Position numbers and translations under genes: made by a program
Assembly: GCA_965208575.1 (NCBI GenBank)
Contig: CBDBOV010000006.1
Span: 1,344,001 to 1,408,000, forward strand
DNA from: Spirochaetia bacterium
GTDB lineage: Bacteria > Spirochaetota > Spirochaetia > SZUA-6 > Bin103
Direction: 5' to 3'
Length of the DNA stretch: 64,000 nt
Part shown: piece after piece, positions 52,396-62,325 of the stretch
Position numbering within the stretch: the first letter of the stretch is position 1
How the letters are laid out: the number at the start of each line of letters is the position of its first letter
The notes under the pieces: model-generated
What the model was told of the DNA's origin: nothing
The model's database searches: none
The model's input: the letters and a program-made list of their open reading frames with translations, nothing else

Positions 52396-54195
52396 CTAGT
52401 TCAACTCGGACTTGAGCTGACTATCGATCCAAATGCGAGCGTAGGGCAGGGAATGGCCCATGTCGCCCACCTGCATCTCGCCGTTAAAGCCGGCGATCCA
52501 CGGCTGCGCAACGGTGAAACCGGGAGCCCGCGGACCCCAGATGTAGACGTGCTGCTCGATCGCATACATGTCGAGCGCCTTCGCCAGCCGTCGGTACTCG
52601 TCCTCGTCTTCACTGGCGGCCTCCAACTCCTCCCATCTGGCGTCGAACACCGGATCGCAGTAGGCACCCGACACGCCGATTTGCCCGTTGGAGGCATAAG
52701 CGCCGAGACTTGAGGCGAGAGCGTTGTAGTCGGCACCGTTGCTCCACCACATTGTCAAACCGTCCCAGTCTCGCGAACTCATCGTTCCGAAGAACACAGC
52801 ATCCTCGAGCGCATTGAGCTCGACCTCCACCCCGATCTCCTTCCAGTAACCGACCTCCAGCTCGTGGTAGCCGATGTCGGATCGACCGACGGGTCGGATC
52901 ATCGAGGTCCGGAAGCGGACACCGTCCGCGCCGCGCGGGTATCCGGCCTCGTCGAGCAGTCGCTCGGCACCTTCAGGGTCGTAGGAGTAGAACTTCTTGA
53001 GCTCCTCGGGCCAGGTATCGAAGGCGTTGTGATAACCGACCCACGTTGGCCCGATAGGCCCCATCGGCTGCCACTCTCCGAAACCCGAGAAGTAGTTGTC
53101 GTTGAGGGTCTCCAGGTCGATCGCCATCTGCAACGCGTGGCGTACCCGCACGTCGCTGAGCGGCCCCCCGGCACAGATGTTCATGGGCGACGATACCTCG
53201 GATCGGAACGCGATCGGGAAGAACTGCATGTCCGGGTTGGTTTTCTGGAGTTCCAGCACGCTGCTGATCGACGTGATCTGCGCCACACCATTCCACCCGC
53301 TCAAATCGACCTGAGCCGACCGCAGTGCCGCAAGCCTGGTCGCCTGGTCGCCCATCACCAGCATCACGAGCCTATCGACATAGGGCAGGCGGTTCCCCGG
53401 GAACTTCTCGTCGTCCTTCCAGTAGTTGGGGTTCCTGTCAAACGTGACTGAGATGCCGCTGACGAACTCGTCCATGATAAAGGGCCCGGTGCCGATGACA
53501 TTGTTGGCGTCGTCGAGCGTGTCGAAGGTCTCGGGTGGGCGTGCAAAGATGTGGGGGTCGTCGAAGAGCAGCCGATGCGTGTCCCGAAACGGCCGCGACA
53601 GTTTGATCATCAACGTCAGCTCGTCGGTGGCCGCTACCGACTCTATGGGGAGCAGCACGGTTCCATGGCCAACCGGCGAGCGCTCCTGGCCGGCAAACCT
53701 GCCGATGCTTAACATGCGCTCGTAGTTCGCGGCCATGTCGTCGGCGGTCAGCTGCCGACCGTTAACCGGCGGCTTGTCGTGGAAGAAGACGTTGTCACGG
53801 ATCTTGTAGATGTAGGTCAACGGATCCGGGTTCTCCCAGCTCTCGGCCAGGTGCCCTGTCAGTATGCTCAAGGGGAAGTAGGTCGTAAACGGGTAGACAC
53901 TCCGGTCCGCCGCCCAGTCCGCGCGACCCAACCTGTCCAGCGCTGCTGCCGTCGCCAACCCGGCGCTGTGGGTGAGCCACGTGTCGCCGTGATCGGGAAG
54001 GCCGGCGAGGACTACAGTGGTGAGTGTCCCGCCGTATTCCGGCTTGAGCACCTGCTTGCCGGTGGACGGATCGGTCACGTACTCCTTCTCGGCGGCCATC
54101 GCCGTGTCGTCGTCTTCGCCGGCGGGGCTGGCAAAGGTAACGGTAGCCACCAGCGCGAACGCCAGTGCTACCGTTAAGAGCAAAAGAGCTTTCAT
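52396..54195 (-). CDS. ABC family 5 solute-binding protein
   Basis: Signal peptide, 'PEYGGTL', 'GTGPF', 'RVRHALQMAID'; RBS upstream. Confidence 0.92.
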   Translation of the reverse strand: MKALLLLTVALAFALVATVTFASPAGEDDDTAMAAEKEYVTDPSTGKQVLKPEYGGTLTTVVLAGLPDHGDTWLTHSAGLATAAALDRLGRADWAADRSVYPFTTYFPLSILTGHLAESWENPDPLTYIYKIRDNVFFHDKPPVNGRQLTADDMAANYERMLSIGRFAGQERSPVGHGTVLLPIESVAATDELTLMIKLSRPFRDTHRLLFDDPHIFARPPETFDTLDDANNVIGTGPFIMDEFVSGISVTFDRNPNYWKDDEKFPGNRLPYVDRLVMLVMGDQATRLAALRSAQVDLSGWNGVAQITSISSVLELQKTNPDMQFFPIAFRSEVSSPMNICAGGPLSDVRVRHALQMAIDLETLNDNYFSGFGEWQPMGPIGPTWVGYHNAFDTWPEELKKFYSYDPEGAERLLDEAGYPRGADGVRFRTSMIRPVGRSDIGYHELEVGYWKEIGVEVELNALEDAVFFGTMSSRDWDGLTMWWSNGADYNALASSLGAYASNGQIGVSGAYCDPVFDARWEELEAASEDEDEYRRLAKALDMYAIEQHVYIWGPRAPGFTVAQPWIAGFNGEMQVGDMGHSLPYARIWIDSQLKSELN

Positions 54196-54421
54196 TGTGC
54201 TCCTCCCTTTCTTGGTCGGGCACAGATCTGCCCATGTTCTTCTGTAGTTGCCGGCAACGCCGGACTGAATGGACTGGTGGAGGTCGGGGCCGACGGGGTC
54301 GGCCGTTGGACGCGCGGACGCGTTGCGGGTGTGGCCACGCGGATCGTCGGCGCCGCGGTCAGCACCGCTGCCGAGCAGTTGGCTGTCGCGCGGTTGGCTA
54401 GGCAGGCTAGGCGGCTATCGG

Positions 54422-54450
54422 GTGAGCGGTGAGCGGTGAGCGGTGAGCGG
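54422..54450. repeat. 7-bp tandem repeat (gtgagcg x4)
   Basis: Visible directly in the sequence. Confidence 0.8.
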
Positions 54451-54514
54451 ACCGGGGCCCATCGGCTCCATCAACCCCGACCGGCCGCTACGCTCGCTAC
54501 TAGCGTCGCTACTA

Positions 54515-55673
54515 GTGTCATGTGTCAGAAATGTCTTTACAGTATAATCTCAGTGACTCCAGTATCTGGTCTGCACGCTTCGTCCATACGAACGGCTTCG
54601 GATCCTCATTGTACACGGCCAGATACTCCCTGATCGCCTGCTCAAGTGCCTGCGTGCTGGCAAACGAGCCACGCCGAATCCGCTTCTGCGTGAGCTCCGC
54701 GAACCACCGCTCCACCTGATTGATCCACGACGCACTTGTCGGCGTGAAGTGCAAGTGATAGCGCGGTCGGCGGAGCAGCCAGTTGTGGATCATCGCCGTC
54801 TTGTGGGTCCCGTAATTGTCCAGCACCAAGTGCACATCCAGTTCCGCCGGCACCGCCTGGTCGATGATCGCCAGGAACTTCTTGAACTCCACCGAGCGGT
54901 GCCGCCGGTAGCACTTGCCAATCACCTCTCCGGTGGCGGCGTTCAAGGCCGCGAACAGCGAGGTCGTCCCGTTGCGACGGTAGTCGTGCGTCTGCCGCCG
55001 CGGCACACCCGGTCGCATCGGCAGCTCCGGCTGGCTCCGCTCCAGCGCCTGGATCTGCGATTTCTCGTCCACGCACAACACCACCGCTCGCTCCGGCGGA
55101 TGCAGATACAGCCCCACGATGTCGCGCACTTTCTCGATGAACAACGGGTCGGCCGACAGCTTGAACGTCTCGCTGCGGTGCGGCTTCAAGCCGAACGCAC
55201 GCCAGATGCGCCCCACTGTCGCAAAGCTCAGCCCGCACTCCTTGGCCATCGACCGCGTGCTCCACTGCGTTGCCCCCCGTGGCAGCGTCTCCAGGGTGCG
55301 CGTCACCACCCGCTCCACATCCTCGTCCGCGACCGTGCGCGGCGCTCCCGGTCGTGGCTCGTCCAGTAACCCATCGCAGCCGTCACTCAGGAACCGCTTC
55401 CTCCACTTGCCGACCGTGGCGCGTGTCGTGCCCAGCGTGCTCGCCACCGCTTGGTCGCTCTTGCCGCTGGCACTTTCCAGCACGATCTGCGCCCGTAGGG
55501 CCAGCGCCTGCGCTGTCTTCTTGCGCCGCAGCCAGCGCTGCAACTCCTGCTCCTGTTCTTGCGACAACTCTGGAAGCTCTCTCGTGTAGTGGTTTGCCAT
55601 AGCCTGCCTCCTGTCTACGGCAGACCGTATCACAAGCAGGATTTACTGGTCAATCACTTACGACACATGACAC
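54515..55673 (-). mobile_element. IS630-family insertion sequence
   Basis: IR gtgtcatgtgtc / gacacatgacac, flanked by TA on both sides. Confidence 0.9.
54518..55600 (-). CDS. IS630 transposase
   Basis: '[11 protein letters not shown]', 'LVLDNYGTH', '[10 protein letters not shown]'. Confidence 0.95.
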   Translation of the reverse strand: MANHYTRELPELSQEQEQELQRWLRRKKTAQALALRAQIVLESASGKSDQAVASTLGTTRATVGKWRKRFLSDGCDGLLDEPRPGAPRTVADEDVERVVTRTLETLPRGATQWSTRSMAKECGLSFATVGRIWRAFGLKPHRSETFKLSADPLFIEKVRDIVGLYLHPPERAVVLCVDEKSQIQALERSQPELPMRPGVPRRQTHDYRRNGTTSLFAALNAATGEVIGKCYRRHRSVEFKKFLAIIDQAVPAELDVHLVLDNYGTHKTAMIHNWLLRRPRYHLHFTPTSASWINQVERWFAELTQKRIRRGSFASTQALEQAIREYLAVYNEDPKPFVWTKRADQILESLRLYCKDISDT

Positions 55674-55734
55674 TAGCGTCGCTACGCATCAGGCCGTAAC
55701 TCTACCATACTCGCCGAAGGAGGCGCAAGTGGCA

Positions 55735-56037
55735 GTGGGGCGGCAGCGGGCGGCCGCCATGTCGTCACGGCGCATCAGGCGCCTGTGATACAATCCGACC
55801 GATCATTACCTGATCGCGCCGCTGTCGAAGATCGACCTCGACGACGTGCTCGGCCTGGTGCGCGACAAGAAGTACTTCGTGCTCCATGCGCCGCGCCAGA
55901 CCGGCAAGACGTCGATGCGGCGCTGCTGCGTGCTAACGACCACCGCGCGACGCGGCGCATCGGCGACTTTAAAGCAGTAAACGACAATTGTCCGACGCCC
56001 CCTGCGCGGCGAGCTGCAGCGCGGTTGCGCGGCCGAT
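55735..56037. other. Mosaic of short gene fragments (AAA 5' end, RES toxin, SDR)
   Basis: Successive pieces match ~43380-43644, 35134-35193 and 27174-27215. Confidence 0.8.
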
Positions 56038-56088
56038 CTTAGACCGACCTGGAGACACTGGCGCCCATGCCGCTGGCCGCCCACGCAG

Positions 56089-56298
56089 TCAGCGGCGTGG
56101 ACCTGAAACGCCGAGTTCGAGGGTTGACCCATCTACGGATTCGGCGACTTTCACTGGCGCGATGAACCGATCCCGATACCGTTTCTGTAGTTCGATGTAG
56201 TAAGCCACCAGCCGTGCGGGCTCATGATCAACGCGCGCTGAGATGCGGTGGCGCACCTCGCGGATTTCGTCGATCACCGGATCACCCTGACTCTGTTT
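56089..56298 (-). CDS. Small putative antitoxin downstream of a PIN toxin
   Basis: 'DPVIDEIREVRHRI'; overlaps the toxin stop. Confidence 0.65.
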   Translation of the reverse strand, partial: KQSQGDPVIDEIREVRHRISARVDHEPARLVAYYIELQKRYRDRFIAPVKVAESVDGSTLELGVSGPRR

Positions 56299-56776
56299 CA
56301 TCTCTGCCTCCAAGCAGTTCCAAGGGCGTCACCAATGCCGGCACGAATAACCCCATCAGTACGTTTACGCGACGGATATGACCGAATTTGTTTGCGTTCG
56401 CCAAGTGCCGGCAGTTCCAGGTCACCAGGAAGTCGCATCTGTGAAAGGATGCCAGTGCCAAGTGCAGCGCATCACCACCCGGATCGGTGGGCATCACCTT
56501 GTGCCGGATGTACGTCTGCACGATCTCGCCGATGGCCGGCTCAACGGGCACCAGCGGCAGGTCATGAACGAGGACCTGCCGTTGCGCACTGCGCTCCGGT
56601 ATATCGCCAACCAGTTCATCCAGTACGGCCGCGCTGGTGACCAGTTCGTATCGCTCAGAGGCGTCGGCCCACCACTGCCGCGTCCACTTCCGTCGTGCGA
56701 CGATTTCAGGAGCTGTGCGCCTTTCCGTGTAGAAGCTGGGTATCGTTGTCTCAACGTACACGCGTGGTTTGCCCAC
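56282..56776 (-). CDS. PIN-domain (VapC-like) toxin
   Basis: 'VYVETTIPS', 'DALHLALA', 'LVTWNCRHLAN', 'VTPLEL'. Confidence 0.88.
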   Translation of the reverse strand: MGKPRVYVETTIPSFYTERRTAPEIVARRKWTRQWWADASERYELVTSAAVLDELVGDIPERSAQRQVLVHDLPLVPVEPAIGEIVQTYIRHKVMPTDPGGDALHLALASFHRCDFLVTWNCRHLANANKFGHIRRVNVLMGLFVPALVTPLELLGGRDETESG

Positions 56777-56933
56777 GGTTATACGATACCTGACAACAAC
56801 ACCTCTCGTCGTCCCCGGTTGGAAGAAGCTGACGCACCGCCTTGGCCCGGGCGATCAAGGGGCCGGCATCGCTTGTGACACGAGCCGGATAGATCGCGCC
56901 GGTTCGCCGCACGTGGTTGGCGCCCCGTGTCGG

Positions 56934-57896
56934 TCAGCTGCTCGACGATCGCGCCCGGACCGCACCCCTGAGCGCCTTGCCGCCATGGGCGCCCATGCGG
57001 CCTGCCCCGCCGCGCAGGCGCGGGTCGAGCAGGTCGCGGACGGCGTCGCCGAACATGTTGAAGCTGTACACAACGACGGTCAGGAAGATGCCCGGCCACA
57101 TGGCCAGCCACGGCGCCTGCTGCATGTAATTGCGCCCCTCGCGGCTCAGCAGGCCACCCCAGCTCGGCACGTTCAGCGGCAGCCCGAAGCCCAGAAAGCT
57201 CAAGCTGGCCTCGGTGATGATCACCGCGCCGATGGTGATGCTGAAGATGATGATGATCGGCGCCAGCACGTTCGGCAGCACGTGGCGCAGCACCGTGCGC
57301 CGGGACGGGCTGCCGACCGCCTGCGCCGCCTCGAAGTAGGCGTTCTCCTTGACGGCGATCACCGCGCCCCGGATCACGCGCGAGCTGCCGACGCCGTAGC
57401 TCAGGCCCAGCACGACGATGACCTGCAGGGCACCGGTACCCAGGATCGACATGATGGTCATGAGCAGCAGCAATCCCGGGAAGGCCATCCAGGCATCGAC
57501 GAATCTCTGCGTCAGCAGGTCGAGCCGGCCCCCCACGAACCCCGACAGCCCGCCGACGACGGTGGCCACCAGCACCGCCACCGTGGTGGCCGCGAAGCCG
57601 ACCAGCAGCGACAGGCGCGCGCCATAGATGTTGCGGCTCAGGAAGTCGCGACCGGTGTGATCGGTGCCCAGCAGATGCGCGGCCGAGGAGCCCTGCAGCC
57701 TCCGGGTCACGTCCTGGCGCAGGTCGGGGTCGGGCGCCACCACGTCGGCGAACACGCTCACCAGCACGAACAGCACGATGATCACGGCGCCGAGCAGGCC
57801 CAACGGCTTCTCCCGGACCAGCCGGTAGAAGAAGTCCGCAAGTGGGCCGCGCGGGCGCCGGGCGGCGGCGCCGCCGCGATCGGCGATGTCGCTCAC
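56934..57896 (-). CDS. ABC permease, OppC-like
   Basis: Close paralog of 50418..51380. Confidence 0.93.
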   Translation of the reverse strand: MSDIADRGGAAARRPRGPLADFFYRLVREKPLGLLGAVIIVLFVLVSVFADVVAPDPDLRQDVTRRLQGSSAAHLLGTDHTGRDFLSRNIYGARLSLLVGFAATTVAVLVATVVGGLSGFVGGRLDLLTQRFVDAWMAFPGLLLLMTIMSILGTGALQVIVVLGLSYGVGSSRVIRGAVIAVKENAYFEAAQAVGSPSRRTVLRHVLPNVLAPIIIIFSITIGAVIITEASLSFLGFGLPLNVPSWGGLLSREGRNYMQQAPWLAMWPGIFLTVVVYSFNMFGDAVRDLLDPRLRGGAGRMGAHGGKALRGAVRARSSSS

Positions 57897-58852
57897 TGGT
57901 AGCGGATCCTCGGGTCAAGGTAGGCGTACAGCAGGTCGATGAGCAGGTTGGCGAACAGGATGAAGGTGGCAAAGAACAGGTTGATACCCGACACCATCGG
58001 ATAGTCACGGACCGACAGCGCCGAGATCAGCAGAGATCCCAGGCCGGGCAGGTTGAACAGCGTCTCGATGATCACCGAGCCACCCACCAGGATCGGCAGC
58101 TGCAGCCCGATGAGGGTGACCACCGGGATGAGCGCGTTCTTCATCGCGTGGCGGACGACCACCAGCCGCTCGCGCAGGCCCTTGGCCCAGGCCGTGCGTA
58201 CGTAGTCCTGCCGCAGCACTTCCAGCATCATGGTGCGCGTCATCCGCATGGTGGCGGCAGAGAGGCCGGTGCCCAGGATGAGGCCGGGGATGAGGAACAT
58301 GCCGATGTGGGCCACCGGATCCTCGCTGAAGTCAAACAGTCGCAGCGGCGGCGTCCAGCCCCACCAGATGCCGGGAAAGATGAGGACCATGAGGGCCAGC
58401 CAAAAGTTGGGCGTGGCCAACCCGAAGATGGCGACGCTGCGGCCCGCATAATCGCCGAGGGTGTCCTGGCGCACCGCCGAGTAGATGCCCACCGGCAGCG
58501 CGATCACCAGGCCGATGATCAGCGCCGCCACCCCCAGCTCCAGGGTGACGGGCAATCGGTCGAGGATCCTGATCTCCACTGGCTTGTGACCGCGGAGCAG
58601 GGACTGACCGAGGGTGCCTTCCAACACAATCCCTCGCATCCACTGTACGTAAGCGATGTGTGCTGGGACGTTCAGCCCCAGCATCTCGCTAAATCGCTCC
58701 AAGTCGTCATCGGTCGCGCCATACTGAGGGTCGCTCAGCAAGATGTCGACAAAATCACCGGGGAGCAGGCGTACCGAAAGGAACACCAGCATGGTCACGA
58801 TCAACAGCGTGGGGATGAACAGCAGCAGTCGCCGGACGAAGTAGGTAGACAC
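57893..58852 (-). CDS. ABC permease, OppB-like
   Basis: Close paralog of 51380..52336. Confidence 0.92.
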   Translation of the reverse strand: MSTYFVRRLLLFIPTLLIVTMLVFLSVRLLPGDFVDILLSDPQYGATDDDLERFSEMLGLNVPAHIAYVQWMRGIVLEGTLGQSLLRGHKPVEIRILDRLPVTLELGVAALIIGLVIALPVGIYSAVRQDTLGDYAGRSVAIFGLATPNFWLALMVLIFPGIWWGWTPPLRLFDFSEDPVAHIGMFLIPGLILGTGLSAATMRMTRTMMLEVLRQDYVRTAWAKGLRERLVVVRHAMKNALIPVVTLIGLQLPILVGGSVIIETLFNLPGLGSLLISALSVRDYPMVSGINLFFATFILFANLLIDLLYAYLDPRIRYQ

Positions 58853-58911
58853 GGAAAATGCGGGCCTGGGACGGCGCGTGCAGCCCAGACCCTGCCAGTT
58901 GCCTGGATTGG

Positions 58912-60095
58912 CTAGTTCAACTCCGCCTTCAGCCGGCTATCAATCCACGACCGAACCAATGGCCCTTCCCAGCCGCAGTTGCCAATCCCCATCTCGCCGT
59001 TGAGGCCGACGATCCACGGCTGCGCAACGTTGAACGATCCAACCCGCACACCCCAGATGTAGGGGTGCTGCTCGATCACCCATAGGTCGAGCTCCTTCGC
59101 CAGCCGTCGGTACTCGTCACCGCTGGTCGCCTGCAACTCCTCCCACCTGGTGTCGAACCCCAGATTGTCCCACATGCCCCCGTGCCACGTGCTGGCATCG
59201 CTACGATAACTGCCGAGACTGCTTTCGAGTCTCCCGTAGTCGGCGCCGGCGCTCCAGCCCCAGGTCATTCCCTCCCAGTCTCCTGAACTGAGCTTCCCGT
59301 TGAGCGCGGCGCCGTCGAGCACATTGAACTCGACCTCCACCCCGATCTCCTTCCAGTAACCGACCTGCAGCTCGTGGTAGCCGATGTCCCATCGTTGAGC
59401 GTGCCCCCACATCGAGGTCCGGAAGCGAACGCCGTCCGCCCCGCGTGGGTATCCGGCCTCGTCGAGGAGTCGCTCGGCGCCTTCCGGGTCGTAGACCCAG
59501 TACTGCTTGATCTCTTCGGGCCAGGTATCGAAGGCGTTGTGATAGCCGGCCCATGCTGGCCCGATGGGTCCCATTGGCTGCCACTCTCCGAAGCCCTGGA
59601 AGTAGGTGTCCCTGATCGTCTCGTTGTCGATCGCCATCTGCAGTGCGTGGCGCACCCGGATGTCACTGAGGGGGCCCTCGCTAGGAATCTTGATGCCCAA
59701 CGCCGTCTCGTTTCGGAACGCGATCGACCAGGCCTGCATGCCCGGGTTGCTTTCCTGAAGGTCGAGCACGCTTTGGATCGAAGCGATCCGCGCGACACCA
59801 AATTCTCCGACGACATCGACCTGGCCCGAGCGCAGCGCCGCAAGCCTGGTCGCCTCGTCGCCCATCGTCAGCACCACGATCCTGTCGACATAGGGGAGCC
59901 GGTTGCCGGGGAACTTCTCGTCGTCCTTCCAGTAGTTGGGGTTCCTGTCATACGTGATCGAGCTGCCGAGGTCCGCCTCGACCATGGTGAAGGGCCCGGT
60001 GCCGATCAACTTGTTGGGGTCGTCCAGCGTGTCCAACGTCTCCGGTGCAAACGCCCGGATGTGGCAGCAGTCGAACAGCGCTTGATGCGTGTCTG
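58912..60095 (-). pseudogene. Family 5 SBP lacking its N-terminal third
   Basis: SBP homology begins at 'DTHQALFD'; upstream is an AAA-gene fragment (60097-60136) and unrelated DNA. Confidence 0.85.
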
Positions 60096-60233
60096 CCGCG
60101 CCGCTGTCGAGGATCGATCTCGACGAAGTGCTCGGCTCCGGCACGGCTTGTCTGATGGCGCAAGCGCCGGGCTTGCCCACCCGGTCGGTTTCGTCAACGC
60201 ATACTCGCGCCCGCTGGGTGTCGATCGTATCGA

Positions 60234-60735
60234 TCAGCCAACGCGGTGCCCGGCGCGCTGGTAGAAGGCGGCTTTGCCGACACCGCCGCGCTCCACGAGC
60301 CCGGCATCCCGTAGCACGCGGAGCTCGCGCAGCGCCGTGTCGCCGGAGACGGCCAGGAAGGTGGCCGCCTCTTCCTTCGTGGTGCGCGTGCGCCCGGCGA
60401 CGAACTGAAACAGTCGGGTCTGCCGGGCCGACAGGGGCGACTCGGTGTCCAGCCGCGGGCGGAATGTGACCACGAAGAAGAGGGTTGGCTACCTCGATCG
60501 CGACCGGCGGGTCACAGTTGCGGGCAATGGCCTGTATCTCGCTACGCATGCGGTTGGAGGTGTCGACGCCAACCACCTCGCCGGCATCCTCGACACCGAC
60601 CAGAACCCTGCCACCCGTGGAGTTCGCGAACGCAACGATTTCACGGTCGAGCCGGGAGAGGGTCTGTTTGAACTCGAGGCGCTGCCCCTCCCCTTCGGCC
60701 AGCAGCAGGGCGAGGCGGTCTGCGGGGTCGCTCAT
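60234..60735 (-). pseudogene. AlbA_2/Schlafen-like regulator with the central region deleted
   Basis: 'GEGQRLEFK...IVAFANSTGG...GVED' joined to a C-terminal winged helix 'TALRELRVLRDAGLVERGG'. Confidence 0.75.
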
Positions 60736-60839
60736 GGGAGCCAGTGTAGCGGGACCGATCCCTGGTGTAAAGTGGTTGCGCCGCAAATGCGGCGCAAATG
60801 CGGCGCAAATCGAGCCAGACGACTGATCGGCCCCCGGAC

Positions 60840-60990
60840 GTTCAGTGAGACGCCGTCGTCCCCGGCGAGTTCCTTGAGTCGCTCATGTACGCGGTCGGGG
60901 AACCTTACCTGCATCGTCTTCATGCTTCACTCCTGACTCGTCGAATGAACTCTCCGTGCCGCAGCGCGGCAATCTGGTACTTCAGTTACC
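60840..60990 (-). pseudogene. Truncated HicB-like antitoxin with the preceding toxin 3' end
   Basis: 'MKTMQVRFPDRVHERLKELAGDDGVSLN' breaks off; the missing half is present at 35385 and 45598. Confidence 0.55.
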
Positions 60991-61047
60991 CAGCGGAGTG
61001 GTGGGTGGACAGGGGGTGGGGAGTGCGGGTAGGGTGGCGCGGCGCTG

Positions 61048-62325
61048 ATGGAGAGGTCCTTCGGGATCGGCGACATCGCCGTTTATATCCCTCGACTACA
61101 GATTTCGCTCGATACGCTGATCGCACGGCACCGTGAACGCGACCCGCAGTGGGCCCGAACCCTGGCGCGGGCGCGGCGGCGCACGGGACAGGAGTCGTTG
61201 CGCTTCCCGGAGCCGTGGGAGGATTCCGCCACGATGGCGGCGCAGGCGGCGGCCGCGCTGCTGGAACGGATGAGCGAGGCCGCGATCGGCTCGCTCCGCT
61301 ACCTGGTGGTGGGCACCGAGACCGGTGTCGACCAGGCCAAGCCGGTGGCGGCGCACGTGCAGGGCATGTTGCAGCGCGCCGGATTCGCACTGTCGGGGGC
61401 GCTGTCCACGTTCGACATTCAGCACGCCTGCGCCGGCGGGGCGATCGGCCTGGCGAGCGTGGGAGCGATGCTGCAGGTAAGCCGCGGCGCGGCGGGGCGC
61501 GGGCTGATCATCTGCACCGACGAGGCGCGTTACGTAGCGGGCAGCAGCGCCGAGATCACCCAGGGCGCGGCCGCGGTGGCGCTGCTGGTGGAGCCCGACC
61601 CGCGCCTTCTGGAGATCGATTTCACGGCGGTGGGCTACGCGTCGCGCGACGTGGACGACTTCTTCCGCCCGCACGGCTCGGTGGCGGCGCGCGTGCGGGG
61701 GCGGTTCTCGATCGAGTGCTACCAGCGGGCGGTAGAGGAGGCGCTGCTCGACCTGGGCGTCCGCAGCGGGCGCGGCATGGCGGCGCTGCTGGAGGAGGCC
61801 GGACTGCTTGCGCTGCACGTGCCGTTCCGCTCGCTGCCGGAAGAGACGATGGCGGATCTGGTGCAGCGCCACTTGGGCTGCGATGCGGACGCGGCGGCCC
61901 GGTACCTGGCCGGGCGGCAGTTCACGGACGGCACCGCCCCCGCCGCGGTGGTGGGCAACGTGTACTCGGGGGCGCTGTTCCTGAGCGCGGCGGCGCTGCT
62001 GGCGGCGCGCCACCGCAAACGCCGGTCGGCGTTGGCCGGCACTCGTATGGTGCTGGCGGCGTACGGCTCCGGCAACACCGCGCTGGCGTTCTCGGGGCGG
62101 GTCGGCGAGCAGGCCGCCGCGGTGCTCGGAAGCTGGTGTCTCGATTCGCAGATCGGGCAGGGAGTGGAGGCGCCGCTGGCGGCGTACGATGCCTGGATCG
62201 CCGACTATCCCGGCCGGCGCGGCGCCGAACCGGCCGCGGGGCAGGTTCTGGCGGGCGGCTTCTACCTGCACGGGATTCGCAAGGACGGCTATCGGACCTA
62301 CCGGCGCGCGGGGGCGGGCTCGTGA
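61048..62325 (+). CDS. Hydroxymethylglutaryl-CoA synthase family protein
   Basis: 'GTETGVD', 'QHACAGG', 'TQGAAAVA', 'HVPF', 'GNVYSG', 'YGSG'. Confidence 0.88.
   Translation: MERSFGIGDIAVYIPRLQISLDTLIARHRERDPQWARTLARARRRTGQESLRFPEPWEDSATMAAQAAAALLERMSEAAIGSLRYLVVGTETGVDQAKPVAAHVQGMLQRAGFALSGALSTFDIQHACAGGAIGLASVGAMLQVSRGAAGRGLIICTDEARYVAGSSAEITQGAAAVALLVEPDPRLLEIDFTAVGYASRDVDDFFRPHGSVAARVRGRFSIECYQRAVEEALLDLGVRSGRGMAALLEEAGLLALHVPFRSLPEETMADLVQRHLGCDADAAARYLAGRQFTDGTAPAAVVGNVYSGALFLSAAALLAARHRKRRSALAGTRMVLAAYGSGNTALAFSGRVGEQAAAVLGSWCLDSQIGQGVEAPLAAYDAWIADYPGRRGAEPAAGQVLAGGFYLHGIRKDGYRTYRRAGAGS

Noticed and set aside
58912-60786. 624-aa AlbA_2-SBP 'fusion' ORF
   Set aside because: Chance open frame across deletion junctions; the middle is out-of-frame or antisense debris and there is no signal peptide.
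60778-60810. 11-bp tandem repeat (gcggcgcaaat-like x3)
   Set aside because: Short, located in pseudogene debris, no evidence of function.
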